Source: Thermoplasmata archaeon (GTDB taxonomy: Archaea; Thermoplasmatota; Thermoplasmata; Lutacidiplasmatales; UBA184). From it: a DNA stretch of 64,000 bases. Under the pieces are notes generated by a model. It did no database searches and was not told where the DNA came from. It worked only from the letters and a program-made list of their open reading frames with translations. Within the stretch, counting starts at the first letter, position 1. Each line of letters begins with the position of its first letter. A program made the translations under genes and the position numbers. Location of the stretch: positions 2,770 through 66,769 of the forward strand of contig DAHVCH010000004.1 in assembly GCA_027314165.1 (NCBI GenBank), written 5' to 3'. Positions 36,776-48,331 of this stretch are shown piece after piece.

Positions 36776-38269
36776 CTACGGCTTTGCGTGGACCGGGTTG
36801 GGGTTCCAGTTGGCTTTGGTGTATCCCGCCGCAAGGTGGAAGGGGGCCTCTCCTCCGAAGGGATCGGGACGAGGCGCCGGGAGCTCACCGTTCTTCTTCC
36901 GCAGGTAAGCGTCGATGGCCTCGGCGCCACGCGTGCCGGCCGCCATCGCGTAGACCACCGACTTGCCGCCCACCGCGAAGACCCCCTGGGCGCCGGTCAT
37001 GGTGTCCGCACCCTTGCCCTCGACCCAGCCCTGAGGGGTCACGCGGAGGTCGAGCTCCCGCTCGAGCCCGGTGGTGTCGGCCCGCTGTCCCACCGCGACG
37101 ATGACCGTGTCGCAGGGGATCGTTTCCTCCGAACCCGGGACCGCGGTCGGGGACCTGCGCCCGCTCGCGTCCGGCGGACCGAGCTCGACGCGCTGCACCA
37201 CGAGACCTTCGACGTGGTCGTTGCCAACGATGCGCACCGGCGCCCGCTGCCAGAGGAACCGGACGCCCTCCTGCATCGCCCCGCGAACTTCCTCGCGGTC
37301 GGCGAGCATCTCCCGCTCGGTGCGACGGTACACCAAGGTGACCTCTCCGCCCTTCGTGAGACGGACCGACGAGCGGATCGCGTCCATCGCCACGTCACCG
37401 CCCCCGATCACCAGGATGCGCCGTCCCAGGGGGACGGGTCGTCCCCGGTGGAGGTCGAGCAACATCTGGAGGGCGGGGAGCACCCCCGGCAGGTCCTCCC
37501 CCGGAACCTGGAGCTTCCGGTGAAGCCGGGTGCCCACGGAGAGAAGGATCGCGGCGTATCCCTGCCGGAGGAGGTCCTCGGGGGAGACCTTCACGCCCAC
37601 CTTCGTCTCCTTGACGAAGGTCACGTCCAGGTCGCGGAACCGGGCCAGGTCCTGCCGCACGTCCTGGTCGGTGATCCGGTAGTTGGGAATGGAGAGGATG
37701 AGCCCTCCCAGGAGGTCCTCTTGCTCGTACACTGTCACAGAGTATCCTCGGATGCCGAGCTCCCACGCCGCCATGACCCCCGCGGGTCCGGCCCCGACGA
37801 TGGCCACCCGCTGGTGCCGCGGCTTCTGCGGGACATAGGCCAGGTCGCTCTTGCCGAGCTCCAGCGCGGCCCGCTTCAGCTGGCGGATGGCGATCGGGAC
37901 GCCCTTCTTCGAGATGACACAGGCGTCCTCGCAATAGTGGTAGCAGACCTTGCAGAGGGTGGTCGCGAGCGGGTCCTCCGCGAGCGTCACCTTCGCCGCC
38001 CCCTCGAAGTCCCGCTCGGCGATCCGCAGGATGTACTCCCGGCAGTCCTGGGAGATCGGGCAGGCCTCGACGCACCAGGGGCGCCGGCACTGGATGCAGC
38101 GTTTGGCCTCGAGGACCGCGTCCTCGAGCGAATAGGGGTGGATGATCTCCTCGAAGCTCTGGACCCGCTGCTCGACCGGGGCCTCCGGGACGGGTACCCT
38201 CACCGGATTGAGCTTGGGGGGGGTCTTGGTGGGGGCAGCGCCCGAGGAGGCTTCCGGTGTCGCGCTCAT
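36776..38269 (-). CDS. GltD/SudA-like Fe-S flavoprotein NAD(P)H oxidoreductase
   Basis: RCIQC..PWC..ACP, CKVC...CEDAC, GAGPAG, IGGGDVAMD, YRR. Confidence 0.88.
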   Translation of the reverse strand: MSATPEASSGAAPTKTPPKLNPVRVPVPEAPVEQRVQSFEEIIHPYSLEDAVLEAKRCIQCRRPWCVEACPISQDCREYILRIAERDFEGAAKVTLAEDPLATTLCKVCYHYCEDACVISKKGVPIAIRQLKRAALELGKSDLAYVPQKPRHQRVAIVGAGPAGVMAAWELGIRGYSVTVYEQEDLLGGLILSIPNYRITDQDVRQDLARFRDLDVTFVKETKVGVKVSPEDLLRQGYAAILLSVGTRLHRKLQVPGEDLPGVLPALQMLLDLHRGRPVPLGRRILVIGGGDVAMDAIRSSVRLTKGGEVTLVYRRTEREMLADREEVRGAMQEGVRFLWQRAPVRIVGNDHVEGLVVQRVELGPPDASGRRSPTAVPGSEETIPCDTVIVAVGQRADTTGLERELDLRVTPQGWVEGKGADTMTGAQGVFAVGGKSVVYAMAAGTRGAEAIDAYLRKKNGELPAPRPDPFGGEAPFHLAAGYTKANWNPNPVHAKP

Positions 38270-38449
38270 CGTACCCCTCGGTCTCCTCACGGAGCGGTGC
38301 GGCTATAACCCCCCTGAGGTGCGCCGTGCCCTGGTCTGGCACGGGGCCCTTCCCGATGGCGGCCGACCGTCGCGTGCGAAGCCATATGGGGGGCATGTGT
38401 CTCAAGACCGCATCGTCGCGGGGCCTCCCCGGCGAACGGACCTAGTCCC

Positions 38450-39790
38450 ATGGTGCTCGACGCGCTCGGAAAGTCCCTCCGGAACGTCCTCGCGAAGATC
38501 GCGAAGAGCGGAGCCATCGACGAGGACCTCCTGGCGGAGATCTCGCGCGACATCCAGCGCGCCCTTCTGCAGTCCGACGTGAACGTCCAGCTGGCGCTCG
38601 AGCTCACGACGCGCGTGAAGCAGCGGGCGAAGGACGAGAAGCCCCCCGCCGGCGCCAGCGTCCGGGATTTCCTCGTGCGGATCGTCTACGAAGAGATCCG
38701 TCGGATCATGGGGGAGGAACGCACGTTCGAGATGAAGCCCCGACGGATCATGCTCGTCGGGCTCTTCGGTCAGGGGAAGACCACGACCGCGGCCAAGCTG
38801 GCCCGGCTGTACCAGAAGAAGGGCGTGAGAGCCGCGCTCATCGGGGCGGATGTCCACCGTCCGGCGGCCATCGACCAGCTCGAGCAGCTCTCGAAGAAGG
38901 TGAACGCGTCCTTCTACTCCGACCGGGCGGAGAAGCGGGCCGAGGTCATCGCCCAAAAGGGACGGGAGAAGTTCTCGACACAGGATGCGATCATCCTGGA
39001 CACGGCGGGCCGCTCCAACCTGGACCCGGACCTCATCCAGGAGATCCAGCGCTGCAAGAAGACCTTCGACCCGCAGGAGGTCCTCCTGGTCCTGGACGCG
39101 GCGATGGGGCAGGCGGCCGGCCGGTCGGCCGAGGCCTTCCACAAAGCGGTGGGGCTCACCGGCGTCATCCTGACGAAGCTGGACGGTTCCGCGAAGGGCG
39201 GTGGAGCGCTATCGGCCGTGGCGCGGAGCGGCGCCCCCATCCTCTTCGTCGGGGTCGGCGAGCACGCCGAGGACCTGGAGAGGTTCGACCCGGCGCGGTT
39301 CGTCTCCCGCCTCCTGGGCATGGGGGACATCCAGACCCTGCTCGAGCGGTTCGAGACCCTGGAGGGCAAGGAAGAGGCGGAGAAGGCGGCCGAGTCCCTC
39401 CTCACCGGGAAGTTCACCCTCAAGGAGTTCTACGTGCAGTTGGACTCGCTCGGGAAGATGGGGCCTTTCTCGAAGCTGCGGACGCTCATCCCGGGGCTCG
39501 CGCAGGCCAAGATCGATGACAAGCAGGTGGAGGAGACCCAGTCCCGGCTGGCCTCCTTCAAGGTGATCATGGACTCCATGACGAAGGAGGAGATGTCGAA
39601 CCCCCAGCTGATCAAGGGGGACCGGATCCAGCGCATCGCCCGGGGCAGCGGCCACCGCCCGCAGGAGGTCCGGGCCCTGCTCAAGTACTTCGAGCAGACC
39701 AAGCGCGCGGCGCACGGGATCGCCTCGAACCGCAAGCTTCGCAGGCACATGGAACGGCAGATCCAGGCCGGCGGGCTCAAGGCCCCGTGA
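38450..39790 (+). CDS. srp54: Signal recognition particle protein SRP54
   Basis: GQGKTT, DTAGR, TKLDGSAKGGGALS, M-domain SMT.EE. Confidence 0.96.
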   Translation: MVLDALGKSLRNVLAKIAKSGAIDEDLLAEISRDIQRALLQSDVNVQLALELTTRVKQRAKDEKPPAGASVRDFLVRIVYEEIRRIMGEERTFEMKPRRIMLVGLFGQGKTTTAAKLARLYQKKGVRAALIGADVHRPAAIDQLEQLSKKVNASFYSDRAEKRAEVIAQKGREKFSTQDAIILDTAGRSNLDPDLIQEIQRCKKTFDPQEVLLVLDAAMGQAAGRSAEAFHKAVGLTGVILTKLDGSAKGGGALSAVARSGAPILFVGVGEHAEDLERFDPARFVSRLLGMGDIQTLLERFETLEGKEEAEKAAESLLTGKFTLKEFYVQLDSLGKMGPFSKLRTLIPGLAQAKIDDKQVEETQSRLASFKVIMDSMTKEEMSNPQLIKGDRIQRIARGSGHRPQEVRALLKYFEQTKRAAHGIASNRKLRRHMERQIQAGGLKAP

Positions 39791-39871
39791 CCGAGGGCTC
39801 TCGCAGTTCGAAGATCCATCCAAGAGCGCGGTCGGACGGGCGGTCAGCGACGGACGGGGTGGAGGGGTCGG

Positions 39872-40426
39872 TTGGACGGGGTCGGCGGCGCGCTGTTCGC
39901 GGTGGGCGCCATCGTCCTGTTCTTCTTCCTCCCAGGGTACCTGCTCGTCAAGGCGCTCTGGCCGGAGAAGCGCTGGCGAGGCCCGCAGGGGGCCATCACC
40001 GCCGTCGAGATGCTGACCGGAGGGTTCGTGGCCAGCCTGGGGATCTTCCTGATCGTGGGGTTCGTCCTGGGGAACACGGGGCTCTTCTACGCCTCTCCCT
40101 CCTCCCCGACGCTCGAGGGGATCCTGGCGGGGCTGGCCGTCATCTTCCTCGCCATCGGCTGGATCCAGGGGGCGTACCGGAAGGACCCGCCACCGGCGCC
40201 GTCGTTCGTCGAGCCTCCCTTACCCGGGGAGGAGGACCTCGAGCCGATGCTCGGACGCTTCCAGGAGTGGGCGAGGGAGGAGAGGCGGCTCCAACGCGAG
40301 ATCCACCGAGCCCGCCGGGAAGGGGCTCCCTCGGCGGACCGCGAGCGACTTGAGGAGCAACTCCAAGAGCTCCGCGCTGTACGAAGGAAGGCGGAGAGGA
40401 CCCGGGAGGAGGAGCTCAGTGGGTGA
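39872..40426 (+). CDS. Membrane protein (DUF1616-like) with coiled-coil tail
   Basis: FFLPGY..VKALWP, 3 TM, charged C-terminus. Confidence 0.65.
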   Translation: MDGVGGALFAVGAIVLFFFLPGYLLVKALWPEKRWRGPQGAITAVEMLTGGFVASLGIFLIVGFVLGNTGLFYASPSSPTLEGILAGLAVIFLAIGWIQGAYRKDPPPAPSFVEPPLPGEEDLEPMLGRFQEWAREERRLQREIHRARREGAPSADRERLEEQLQELRAVRRKAERTREEELSG

Positions 40427-40793
40427 GGGAAGGAGCGGCGACGGGGTCAAGATGGTCCTCGTTCTCCGCCACGAGATTGGGCTCTCGGCGGGGAAGGCGG
40501 CGGTCCAGGTCGCCCACGCTGCCGTGATGCTGGCGCTGGACGAGAAGGTCCGACGTCGCCGGGAGTTCCGGATCTGGCTGGAGCAGGGGCAGAAGAAAGT
40601 GGCCCTGCGCGTCGAGACCCTCGCCGAGCTCGAGGCCCTGCAGCGCAAGGCCGAGGGGCGGGGCATCCCGACGGCGATGGTCCAGGACGCCGGGCTTACG
40701 GAGGTCCCGCCAGGGACGAAGACCGTGCTCGGGATCGGACCGGCCCAGGCCTCCGAGATCGACCGGGTCACCGGAAGCCTCCCGTTGCTCTGA
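40419..40793 (+). CDS. pth2: Peptidyl-tRNA hydrolase Pth2
   Basis: GKAAVQVAHAA, GQKKVAL, DAGLTEVPPGTKTVLGIGP. Confidence 0.95.
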   Translation: MGEGRSGDGVKMVLVLRHEIGLSAGKAAVQVAHAAVMLALDEKVRRRREFRIWLEQGQKKVALRVETLAELEALQRKAEGRGIPTAMVQDAGLTEVPPGTKTVLGIGPAQASEIDRVTGSLPLL

Positions 40794-40919
40794 GCTCCCA
40801 TCGGCCCTGGGGGGGGGCAAGTAGAATGGGGCGTGGAACCCGGGGTCGCGCGCGCCGACAGAACGTTAGATCTCCCCGCCGAAAGTCGGGGTTTCTCCCC
40901 GTTTCCCTCAGGCGTTTTG

Positions 40920-40936
40920 GCCAATACATAAATACC
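40920..40936 (+). promoter_or_regulatory. Putative TATA-like promoter of the peptide ABC operon
   Basis: AT-rich AATACATAAATA in GC-rich context about 80 nt upstream of the first permease. Confidence 0.45.
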
Positions 40937-41010
40937 TCGAGAAAGTCTCGCACGGTGGTGAGGAGGTCCGGGTCCGCCCTACCGAGGCCCGACATCCCCG
41001 GGAGCCAGAG

Positions 41011-42300
41011 TTGAAGCTCTGGATCTACATCCTACGCCGCCTGCTGCTGATGGTCCCGGTTCTTATCGGGGTCGTCACGATCACGTTCATCATCATCTCG
41101 GCCGTGCCGGTGGAGGAGCGGCTGCTGGCCTGCATCCCGCCGGGCCGTCACAGCCCCCCGATAGGTTCGCCGGGGTGGGAGAGAGAGCTCCAGATCTGCG
41201 GACTGAACACTCCCGTCTACGAGCAATACGGCCAGTACCTGTTCAAGACGTTCACCTTCCAATGGGGCTTCATCCAAAATTCTTCGGTCGACGGAATGTG
41301 GGGACATGCTCCCCAGGTGCATCCGTGCTTGCAGCTCAACGTCTCAAAACAGGAGGGTGGATGCGCGGTGCTGACCCTCATCGGGGCCTGGCTCCCCTAC
41401 ACCATCGAGCTGGCCGTCCTCTCGCTCATCATCATCCTCGCGATGGCCATCCCGTTAGGGAACCTCTCCGCCGTCAATCGGAATCGGCCCTTCGACCAGG
41501 CCACCCGGATATTCTCCTTCAGCGGATACGCGTTGCCCGGCTATCTGCTCGGGGCGCTCCTGATCCTGGCGCTGTACTTCATCCTGTATGGTATAGATCC
41601 CACAGGAGGTTGCGACGGGAGCGCCTACGCCCAGATCGTGGGCAGTTGGCACGCGTCGTTCAACAACCCTGACCAGGCCTGCTACACCATGACCACCTAC
41701 AGCGGTGGTACCCAGCAGTCCACCATCCTTTGGGGAGGACGCCCACCCTACGCCAACCCGATCTACGCGACCACCCCCACCGGGTTCCCAACGGTCGACG
41801 GGATCATCTGGGCGCTCACCCACTCCCCGCCCCCCGGGATGCCCGGTGGGCGCTACTACTACTGGGACCTCGTGGGCGACCACGTCCTGCGCCTGATCAT
41901 CCCGGCCATCACGGTCGCCTACACCTCCGTCGCGGCGCTCCTCCGTTACGTCCGCAACTCGATGCTCGAGGTGATGAACCTCGACTTCATCCGCACCGCC
42001 CGGGCGAAGGGCGTTCCCGAGCGAGCCGTGGTGAAGACCCACGCCGGGCGCAACTCCCTCAACGTCACCGTGACCGTCCTGGGGCTGACCTTCGCCGCGT
42101 TCCTCGGAGGCTTCGCGGTCATCGAGTCGCTCTTCGGGCTGTTCGGGGTGGGGATGCTCTTCGCCTACTCGGTGTTCCCTTCCCCGGACATCAGCACCAT
42201 CTTCGCGAGCACCGTGCTCTTCACCATCATCATCGTCGTGGCCAACGTCGCCGTGGACGTCATCTACGGCGTGCTGGACCCGAGGGTCCGTCTCGGGTGA
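41011..42300 (+). CDS. Peptide ABC transporter permease (DppB/OppB-like)
   Basis: YILRRLL, DFIRTARAKG, LDPRVR. Confidence 0.9.
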   Translation: MKLWIYILRRLLLMVPVLIGVVTITFIIISAVPVEERLLACIPPGRHSPPIGSPGWERELQICGLNTPVYEQYGQYLFKTFTFQWGFIQNSSVDGMWGHAPQVHPCLQLNVSKQEGGCAVLTLIGAWLPYTIELAVLSLIIILAMAIPLGNLSAVNRNRPFDQATRIFSFSGYALPGYLLGALLILALYFILYGIDPTGGCDGSAYAQIVGSWHASFNNPDQACYTMTTYSGGTQQSTILWGGRPPYANPIYATTPTGFPTVDGIIWALTHSPPPGMPGGRYYYWDLVGDHVLRLIIPAITVAYTSVAALLRYVRNSMLEVMNLDFIRTARAKGVPERAVVKTHAGRNSLNVTVTVLGLTFAAFLGGFAVIESLFGLFGVGMLFAYSVFPSPDISTIFASTVLFTIIIVVANVAVDVIYGVLDPRVRLG

Positions 42301-42334
42301 CCGAGCAGGGTAGGGAGGCCAGGGAGCGATCACC

Positions 42335-44077
42335 ATGCGTGCGATCTTCGTCTACATCGGTATCCTCCTCTGGGTCGTTTCGGGGCTCCTCCTCGGCGCG
42401 TACGCCGTGAACCCCGGGAGCCAGACGCTCGCCGGCGCCGGTGTGGTGGTCCCTTCGTACTACGTGACGAACTTCCTGGGCACCTACCAGGCCGCCACAC
42501 CGGTCGGTCTGCCCTTCTATGAGCCCGGGACCAACACCTCGGTCACCTTCACCGTGAACTATCAGTTCGGGAACACGAGTACCGTGGTCACGGTCTACCC
42601 GTGTCCGGGAGGCTCCCAATCCATCAGTTGTTACAACTGGTACGGCAAGCCGCTGCTCACGCTCCACGGGGCCAGCTCCACGGGCACCTTCAGTGGCAAC
42701 GTCGGCGAATGGTACATCGTCAACGCCTCGGACCCGGTCAGGGTGCAGGTCTCCGTACCGCCCTCGCCCAGCGCGCTGGGGGAGGAGATCGGGGCCGCCG
42801 GGTTGGGAGCCGGGGGTGCGGCCCTCTTCATCCTAGGGCTCATCATGCGGGACCCGCTGAACCGGCCCGCGCCACGCCTTGCGCAGTTGAAACGGACGCT
42901 CTACTTCTTCTTCCAGAGTCGGCTCGCGGTCCTGGGGCTCGTGCTCCTGATGTTCTACGTCCTGGTCGCCGTGCTCTCTCCGGTCATCGCTCCGTACTCT
43001 CCGCCCGGCGGCGGATGCGGAGGGTTCGGGTGCAACGGCGACTACGTCATCCTCCCCGTGCAGTGGGCCTACAGCCCCTGCACCCAGACGAACTGTCCCT
43101 CTCCAATCTACGCCACCGACTTCACGAACGACTGGCAGTGCGTCTACCCCTCGTTCTTGGCCACGAACTTCGTGCCGCCGGGAGATTGCGTCTCGTATGC
43201 CGCAGGGACCATATCCGCCCCCGCGGCGAACAGCCAGAACAATCTGATCCCACCGACCTGGACGCTCTGGCCGTTCAACCCGGGCCCGGTTCCGATGGGG
43301 TCGATGGCCCTCACGAGCGGATCGGCAGGGACCTACGTCGACATCTTCACGAGCCTGGTCCGGGCGACACCCTGGGACCTCTCGATATCCGTGGGGATCG
43401 TGGCGGTCGGCGCTTTCGTGGGCCTCCTGCTCGGGACCTTCTCCGGGTACATGGGAGGCATCACCGACGAGATCGTGATGCGTATCACGGACGTGTTCCT
43501 CTCGATCCCGGGGTTCTTCCTGATCCTCGTCATCATGGCCTCGCTTTTCACCCAGGCCAGCGGCCTTCCCAACGATGAACGGGTGCGCATAGGTCTCTTG
43601 ATGGGGGCCTTCATCATCACATGGTGGCCCGGCTACACCCGTATCCTGAGGGGTCAGGTGCTCGTGACCCGTGAGCAGAAGTACGTCGAGGCCGCGCGCG
43701 CGAGCGGTGCGGGACCCGGCTGGATCCTCCGCAAGCACATCATCCCCAACAGCATCTTCCCGATGCTCGTGCAGTTCTCCCTGGACGTGGGAAGCATCCC
43801 CCTTATTCTGGGAGGCATCGCCTTCCTCGGGTTCGGGACCTACCTCTTCTCGACCCCGAACGGGTCCCCCTTCCCCGAGTGGGGGGTGCTCTCCTCCTAC
43901 GAGGTCGGCATCGGGTCCGCCTCCGGCCAGGACCTCTTCGCGACGGTCACAAGCAACATCCCGTTCCCCTGGTGGGAGTTGCTGTTCCCGGGGCTCGCCC
44001 TCTTCGTGTTCTGCATCGCGGTGAACTTCTTGTCCGATGGTCTGCGGGATGCGCTTGACCCCCGCCTGAGGAGGTAG
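42335..44077 (+). CDS. Peptide ABC transporter permease (DppC/OppC-like) with extra N-terminal ectodomain
   Basis: YVEAARASGA, HIIPN, DGLRDALDPR. Confidence 0.9.
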   Translation: MRAIFVYIGILLWVVSGLLLGAYAVNPGSQTLAGAGVVVPSYYVTNFLGTYQAATPVGLPFYEPGTNTSVTFTVNYQFGNTSTVVTVYPCPGGSQSISCYNWYGKPLLTLHGASSTGTFSGNVGEWYIVNASDPVRVQVSVPPSPSALGEEIGAAGLGAGGAALFILGLIMRDPLNRPAPRLAQLKRTLYFFFQSRLAVLGLVLLMFYVLVAVLSPVIAPYSPPGGGCGGFGCNGDYVILPVQWAYSPCTQTNCPSPIYATDFTNDWQCVYPSFLATNFVPPGDCVSYAAGTISAPAANSQNNLIPPTWTLWPFNPGPVPMGSMALTSGSAGTYVDIFTSLVRATPWDLSISVGIVAVGAFVGLLLGTFSGYMGGITDEIVMRITDVFLSIPGFFLILVIMASLFTQASGLPNDERVRIGLLMGAFIITWWPGYTRILRGQVLVTREQKYVEAARASGAGPGWILRKHIIPNSIFPMLVQFSLDVGSIPLILGGIAFLGFGTYLFSTPNGSPFPEWGVLSSYEVGIGSASGQDLFATVTSNIPFPWWELLFPGLALFVFCIAVNFLSDGLRDALDPRLRR

Positions 44078-44237
44078 AGGCCCGCTGAGCGCAACCCTCG
44101 AGTCGAGACCCCCGCTCCCCGGGCTCGGGAGCTACCCTGAGGCCCCGGTTGTCCCGGGCCCGTCGGCCTTCCCCACCGGGGGGGCCCCTTCGGATGCCTC
44201 GGCGGCGGAGGTCGCAGGGGGTCGGACCGAGCCCCCG

Positions 44238-45746
44238 TTGCTGGCCGTCCGCGACCTGAAGACCTACTTCTACACGTACGACGGCGTCGTCCGCGCGCTC
44301 GACGGGGTGACCTTCACGGTCCGCAAGGGCGAGACCATCGGTCTCGTCGGCGAGACGGGATGCGGAAAGTCGGTCACCGCGTTCTCCATCACCCGGCTCA
44401 TCGCGGAGCCCCCGGGCCGCGTGCAGTCCGGCCAGGTCCTCTTCTCCGGTGCGAACCTGCTCTGGAGGGTCGATCGAGAGGCGTCGGTCAAACCGATACG
44501 CGGCACGGTGCGGGCCAAGGTCCGCCGTCGCTTCGCGCGGATCAAGGAGTCCCAGCAGAGGCTCTCGGCGGTCCGCGGCTCGCAGATCACGATGATCTTC
44601 CAGGAGCCGATGGCGGCTCTCAACCCCGTCTTCTCGATCTCCCGGCAGCTCGGGGAGGCGCTCATGCTCCACCGCGCCACACCTACGGTCGAGACTCTCC
44701 TGGCGGCCCAGCCGCGCGCCGTGAACCTCACGGCCGCGACACGCGACCTGCTCGACGCGGCGAGGGAGCCGGGCCAGCCCCGTCTACGTTCGACGGCGCA
44801 GAACATCGCCCACGCGGTGGGCGTGCCGTCGCTCGCGCTCGAGCTCTTCTACCTGTTCCGCGGCCAGACCTCGAACCCTCAGTCCCGGGTCCGCGGGGTG
44901 GTGAAGGCCTTCGCCCGCCTGCGGGTGGGGGGCCTCCACCGAGCGAAGCTCCATCACGAACGGATGCTGTCCGAGTTCCGCATCGAGGAGCGGGAACTCT
45001 ACAACCGGGAGATGACCACCGGGTCCAGCACGGCCCCCTTGCGCCGTGCCCTCCACGTCCGCATGCTGATCGAGCGGGTGAAGGGCGGCTGGCTCTCCGT
45101 GCCCGTCCTGAAGAAGGTCGCTTCACGGCCCCTCGATCAGGAGGTCTTCTGGCAGACGGTGGGGATGCTCGAGTCCGTGGGCATCGCCAACTGCGTGCAG
45201 GTCGCGCGCGGCTTCCCCCACGAGCTCTCGGGGGGGATGATCCAGCGGGTGATGATCGCGATGGCGCTTGCGCCGGAGCCGAAGCTCCTCATCGCCGACG
45301 AGCCCACCACCGCGCTCGACGTGACCATCCAGGCCCAGATCCTGGACCTCATGCACTCGCTGAAGAACCGGATCGGCACCTCCATCCTGCTCATCACGCA
45401 CGACCTGGGGGTCGTCGCGGAAGTGTGCGACCGGGTGTGCGTCATGTATGCCGGCCACATCGTCGAGGTGGGGCCCGTCAATGACCTCTTCGCCCGACCT
45501 CTGCACCCCTACACCCAGGGGCTGCTCGCCTCGATCCCGCGGATGGACGACCCGACGAAGAAACTGGAGTCGATCCCCGGTTCGGTGCCGAACCTTATCC
45601 GTCCCCCGGGCGGTTGCCGGTTCCACCCGCGCTGCGCCTTCGCCATGGAGAAGTGTAAGACCGACCGACCCCCCATGACCCGCGAGGGCCCGGACCACGT
45701 CGTGGCCTGCTGGCTCTTCCAGGGTCCCGAGGCGAGGGAGTATTAG
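44238..45746 (+). CDS. Peptide ABC ATPase (DppD-like) with large insertion
   Basis: [37 protein letters not shown]. Confidence 0.92.
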   Translation: MLAVRDLKTYFYTYDGVVRALDGVTFTVRKGETIGLVGETGCGKSVTAFSITRLIAEPPGRVQSGQVLFSGANLLWRVDREASVKPIRGTVRAKVRRRFARIKESQQRLSAVRGSQITMIFQEPMAALNPVFSISRQLGEALMLHRATPTVETLLAAQPRAVNLTAATRDLLDAAREPGQPRLRSTAQNIAHAVGVPSLALELFYLFRGQTSNPQSRVRGVVKAFARLRVGGLHRAKLHHERMLSEFRIEERELYNREMTTGSSTAPLRRALHVRMLIERVKGGWLSVPVLKKVASRPLDQEVFWQTVGMLESVGIANCVQVARGFPHELSGGMIQRVMIAMALAPEPKLLIADEPTTALDVTIQAQILDLMHSLKNRIGTSILLITHDLGVVAEVCDRVCVMYAGHIVEVGPVNDLFARPLHPYTQGLLASIPRMDDPTKKLESIPGSVPNLIRPPGGCRFHPRCAFAMEKCKTDRPPMTREGPDHVVACWLFQGPEAREY

Positions 45747-45753
45747 CGCGGCC

Positions 45754-47676
45754 ATGAGCACCCCTGTCGCTCCTCCCCCCCCGCCCTCCATGGAGGATGG
45801 GCTGGAGAAGGTCCAGTCGAAGGCCGAGCCGGGGAAGGAGCTCCTGCTTTCGGCCTGGAACCTCCAGAAGCACTTCCCGCTCCGAGGGGGAATCCTCTCC
45901 ACGCACATCGGCGATGTGCGCGCCGTGGACGGGGTCACGATGGACCTCCGCCGCGGAGAGACGGTGGGGCTCGTCGGGGAGAGCGGCTGCGGGAAGACGA
46001 CGGTGGGACGGCTCCTCCTGCGGCTCATCGAACCGACCCGTGGGCACACGTTCTATTTCGACCCGGAGAAGCCGATGCCTCCGGACATCGAGAGCCAGCT
46101 CCAGACCCTCTACGATGGGCTCGAGCGGCTCATCCCCCCGGGCACCATCGACCGCGTGGCCGCGCTGCGGTCGAACCAGGCGGCCCAGCCGATCCTGAAG
46201 CAGCTCGACCAGATCGCCAACCAATACTCGCTCTACCGCCGCAAGCCCCGCGAGATGCGGAGGATGCGCGGGAAGATGCAGATCGTTTTCCAGGACCCCT
46301 TCTCGTCCCTCTCCCCCCGGATGCTCGTCCGGGACATCGTCTCCGAGCCCCTGGCCGTCCATCACGTGGGCAACCGCAAGCAGCGCTACCAGAGGGTCGC
46401 CGAGCTGCTCGCCTCCGTGGGGCTCAACCCCGAGCATGTCTGGCGGTTCCCCCACGAGTTCTCCGGCGGCCAGCGCCAGCGCATCGGCATCGCGCGAGCC
46501 CTCGCGCTCCGACCGGACTTCATCGTACTGGACGAGCCCACGAGCGCGCTCGATGTGAGCGTCCAGGCCCAGATCCTCAACATCCTCCTGCGGCTGCAGC
46601 GGGAGCAGCGGCTCTCCTACCTGTTCATCTCCCACCACCTGAGCGTCGTCCGGGCCATCTCCCACCGCGTCGTGGTGATGTATCTCGGGAAGGTCGTCGA
46701 GCGGGCGCCCACCGAGGAGCTCTTCGAGAACCCCCTTCACCCGTACACCCAGGCGCTGCTGTCGGCGATCCCGATCCCCGACCCGACGCTGAAGCGGGAG
46801 AGGATCATCCTCTCCGGAGACGTGCCGAGCCCTGCCGCCCCGCCCTCCGGTTGCCGGTTCCACACTCGGTGCCCGAAGGTCATGGCCATCTGCTCGAAGG
46901 TCGAGCCTCCGCTCCTGCCTCTTCCCGGACACCCTGAACACTCCGTTTCCTGCCACCTGTACTCGGAAGAGAACTTCCCTGCCCTGGGCCTGCTTGGAGC
47001 CCGCACCTCAGGGATCATCGAGATCCCTGCCCGAGGCTCGGGAAGCCTCCAGGAGGTCTCGCATCCGGGAAAGGCGAGAGGCCCTCTGCACTCGGAGAGG
47101 CCGGCCGAGTCGCCCATCCCCACCTACACCGACCTCCGACCCCCGCCCCCCGAGAGCCCCGCGCCTCCTCCAGAGGCGCCCGCGTCGGACGTTTCGCCCC
47201 CTTGGTCCTCCTCGGCGCGGCCCCCCCGGTACGGCAGTTCAGAAGACCCCGCCGCTCCCGAGACGTTGCCGTCCACTCCACCCCCGCCTCCGCCACCTCC
47301 GGAACCGTCGGGACGGCTGTACCCCCCTCTCGCAACCTCAGCGCCGCCGCCCTCGGCGACTCCCTCCCCGCCCCCTCCTCCCCCTCAACCTTCACCGGCG
47401 ATGGGTCGGCGCCCCTCCGCCTTCGCGAGCTACAATTCCTCCGCGAATGCGCCGCTCGCGAGCGGGAGCCCGGCACGGCAGCCGCCGCCCCCTCCTCCGG
47501 CCCCGGCACCAGAGCCCATTCCCCCGCTGCCTTCCTCTGCGCAGGAGCCCCCTCCTCCCCCCGCGCCCGCGAGCCCTCCCTGGCGGATGGGAAAGCTCTC
47601 CGAAGGCGCCCTCACCCCGGAGGAGGGAGCCGAGAAGCCCAGGCTCAAGAAGGGCTCCGGCGGCGGGTCAAGCTAG
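45754..47676 (+). CDS. Peptide ABC ATPase (DppF-like) with Pro-rich C-terminal tail
   Basis: [29 protein letters not shown]. Confidence 0.92.
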   Translation: MSTPVAPPPPPSMEDGLEKVQSKAEPGKELLLSAWNLQKHFPLRGGILSTHIGDVRAVDGVTMDLRRGETVGLVGESGCGKTTVGRLLLRLIEPTRGHTFYFDPEKPMPPDIESQLQTLYDGLERLIPPGTIDRVAALRSNQAAQPILKQLDQIANQYSLYRRKPREMRRMRGKMQIVFQDPFSSLSPRMLVRDIVSEPLAVHHVGNRKQRYQRVAELLASVGLNPEHVWRFPHEFSGGQRQRIGIARALALRPDFIVLDEPTSALDVSVQAQILNILLRLQREQRLSYLFISHHLSVVRAISHRVVVMYLGKVVERAPTEELFENPLHPYTQALLSAIPIPDPTLKRERIILSGDVPSPAAPPSGCRFHTRCPKVMAICSKVEPPLLPLPGHPEHSVSCHLYSEENFPALGLLGARTSGIIEIPARGSGSLQEVSHPGKARGPLHSERPAESPIPTYTDLRPPPPESPAPPPEAPASDVSPPWSSSARPPRYGSSEDPAAPETLPSTPPPPPPPPEPSGRLYPPLATSAPPPSATPSPPPPPPQPSPAMGRRPSAFASYNSSANAPLASGSPARQPPPPPPAPAPEPIPPLPSSAQEPPPPPAPASPPWRMGKLSEGALTPEEGAEKPRLKKGSGGGSS

Positions 47677-47703
47677 CCCGCCAAGAGCGGAGGGGCGTCG
47701 GCC

Positions 47704-48138
47704 ATGCCCTCGAAGTCATCGAAGGAGGATTCGGGGCATCTAAGTCCCCTGGGGCTCCGGCGACTCACGGGGGAGGCCCGCGCCAAAGCCCTGGCCGAAC
47801 CCGGACCGTCGTGGTCGGAGTGGGCCAAGGGCACCGCCGGCAAGATGTACGTCGGACTTGGGATGCTCATCCTGGACGCGCTGGTCTGGGTGAGCCTCGA
47901 GGAGTCCTCGCTCCGGCTCCTCACGATCCCGGCGGTCCCGCTCCTGGTCTACTTGAACTACCTGCTCTATTCGTACCTCTGGGCCCGGCCGCCAAAGGAC
48001 ATCCAGACCAAGGCCCAGTTCCATCGGACCTGGGTCCACCCGTTCCTCCTCGGCAAGTGGGACCCCGAGTACAAGGCCTGGACGACGGGACGCGCCATGA
48101 AGGACGCCACGGCGGTCCCTCCCGAAGAGTTCGTGTAG
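47704..48138 (+). CDS. Hypothetical membrane protein
   Basis: Two TM helices; co-oriented after the ATPase. Confidence 0.65.
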   Translation: MPSKSSKEDSGHLSPLGLRRLTGEARAKALAEPGPSWSEWAKGTAGKMYVGLGMLILDALVWVSLEESSLRLLTIPAVPLLVYLNYLLYSYLWARPPKDIQTKAQFHRTWVHPFLLGKWDPEYKAWTTGRAMKDATAVPPEEFV

Positions 48139-48331
48139 GGCACCAAGAAGCGCTGACGTCCCACCATCTTGGCCGAACCGAACGCGCCCCGGAGCTGCGA
48201 CCGATATCGCGCACAGGTCCGTCACTCGGTCGGGTCTGTTCCCCCCACGGAGCACTGGAGAGCCGCCCGAGGGGAGCCTCAGAGCGGGCGTCCCACTTGC
48301 CGGGGCGCCCGCTCCTCGAGAAAGGGTTGGA

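Noticed and set aside
38290-38450. SRP RNA next to srp54 (hairpin CCGTGCC/GGCACGG)
   Set aside because: Too short and lacks the helix 6/8 motifs; likely a divergent promoter region
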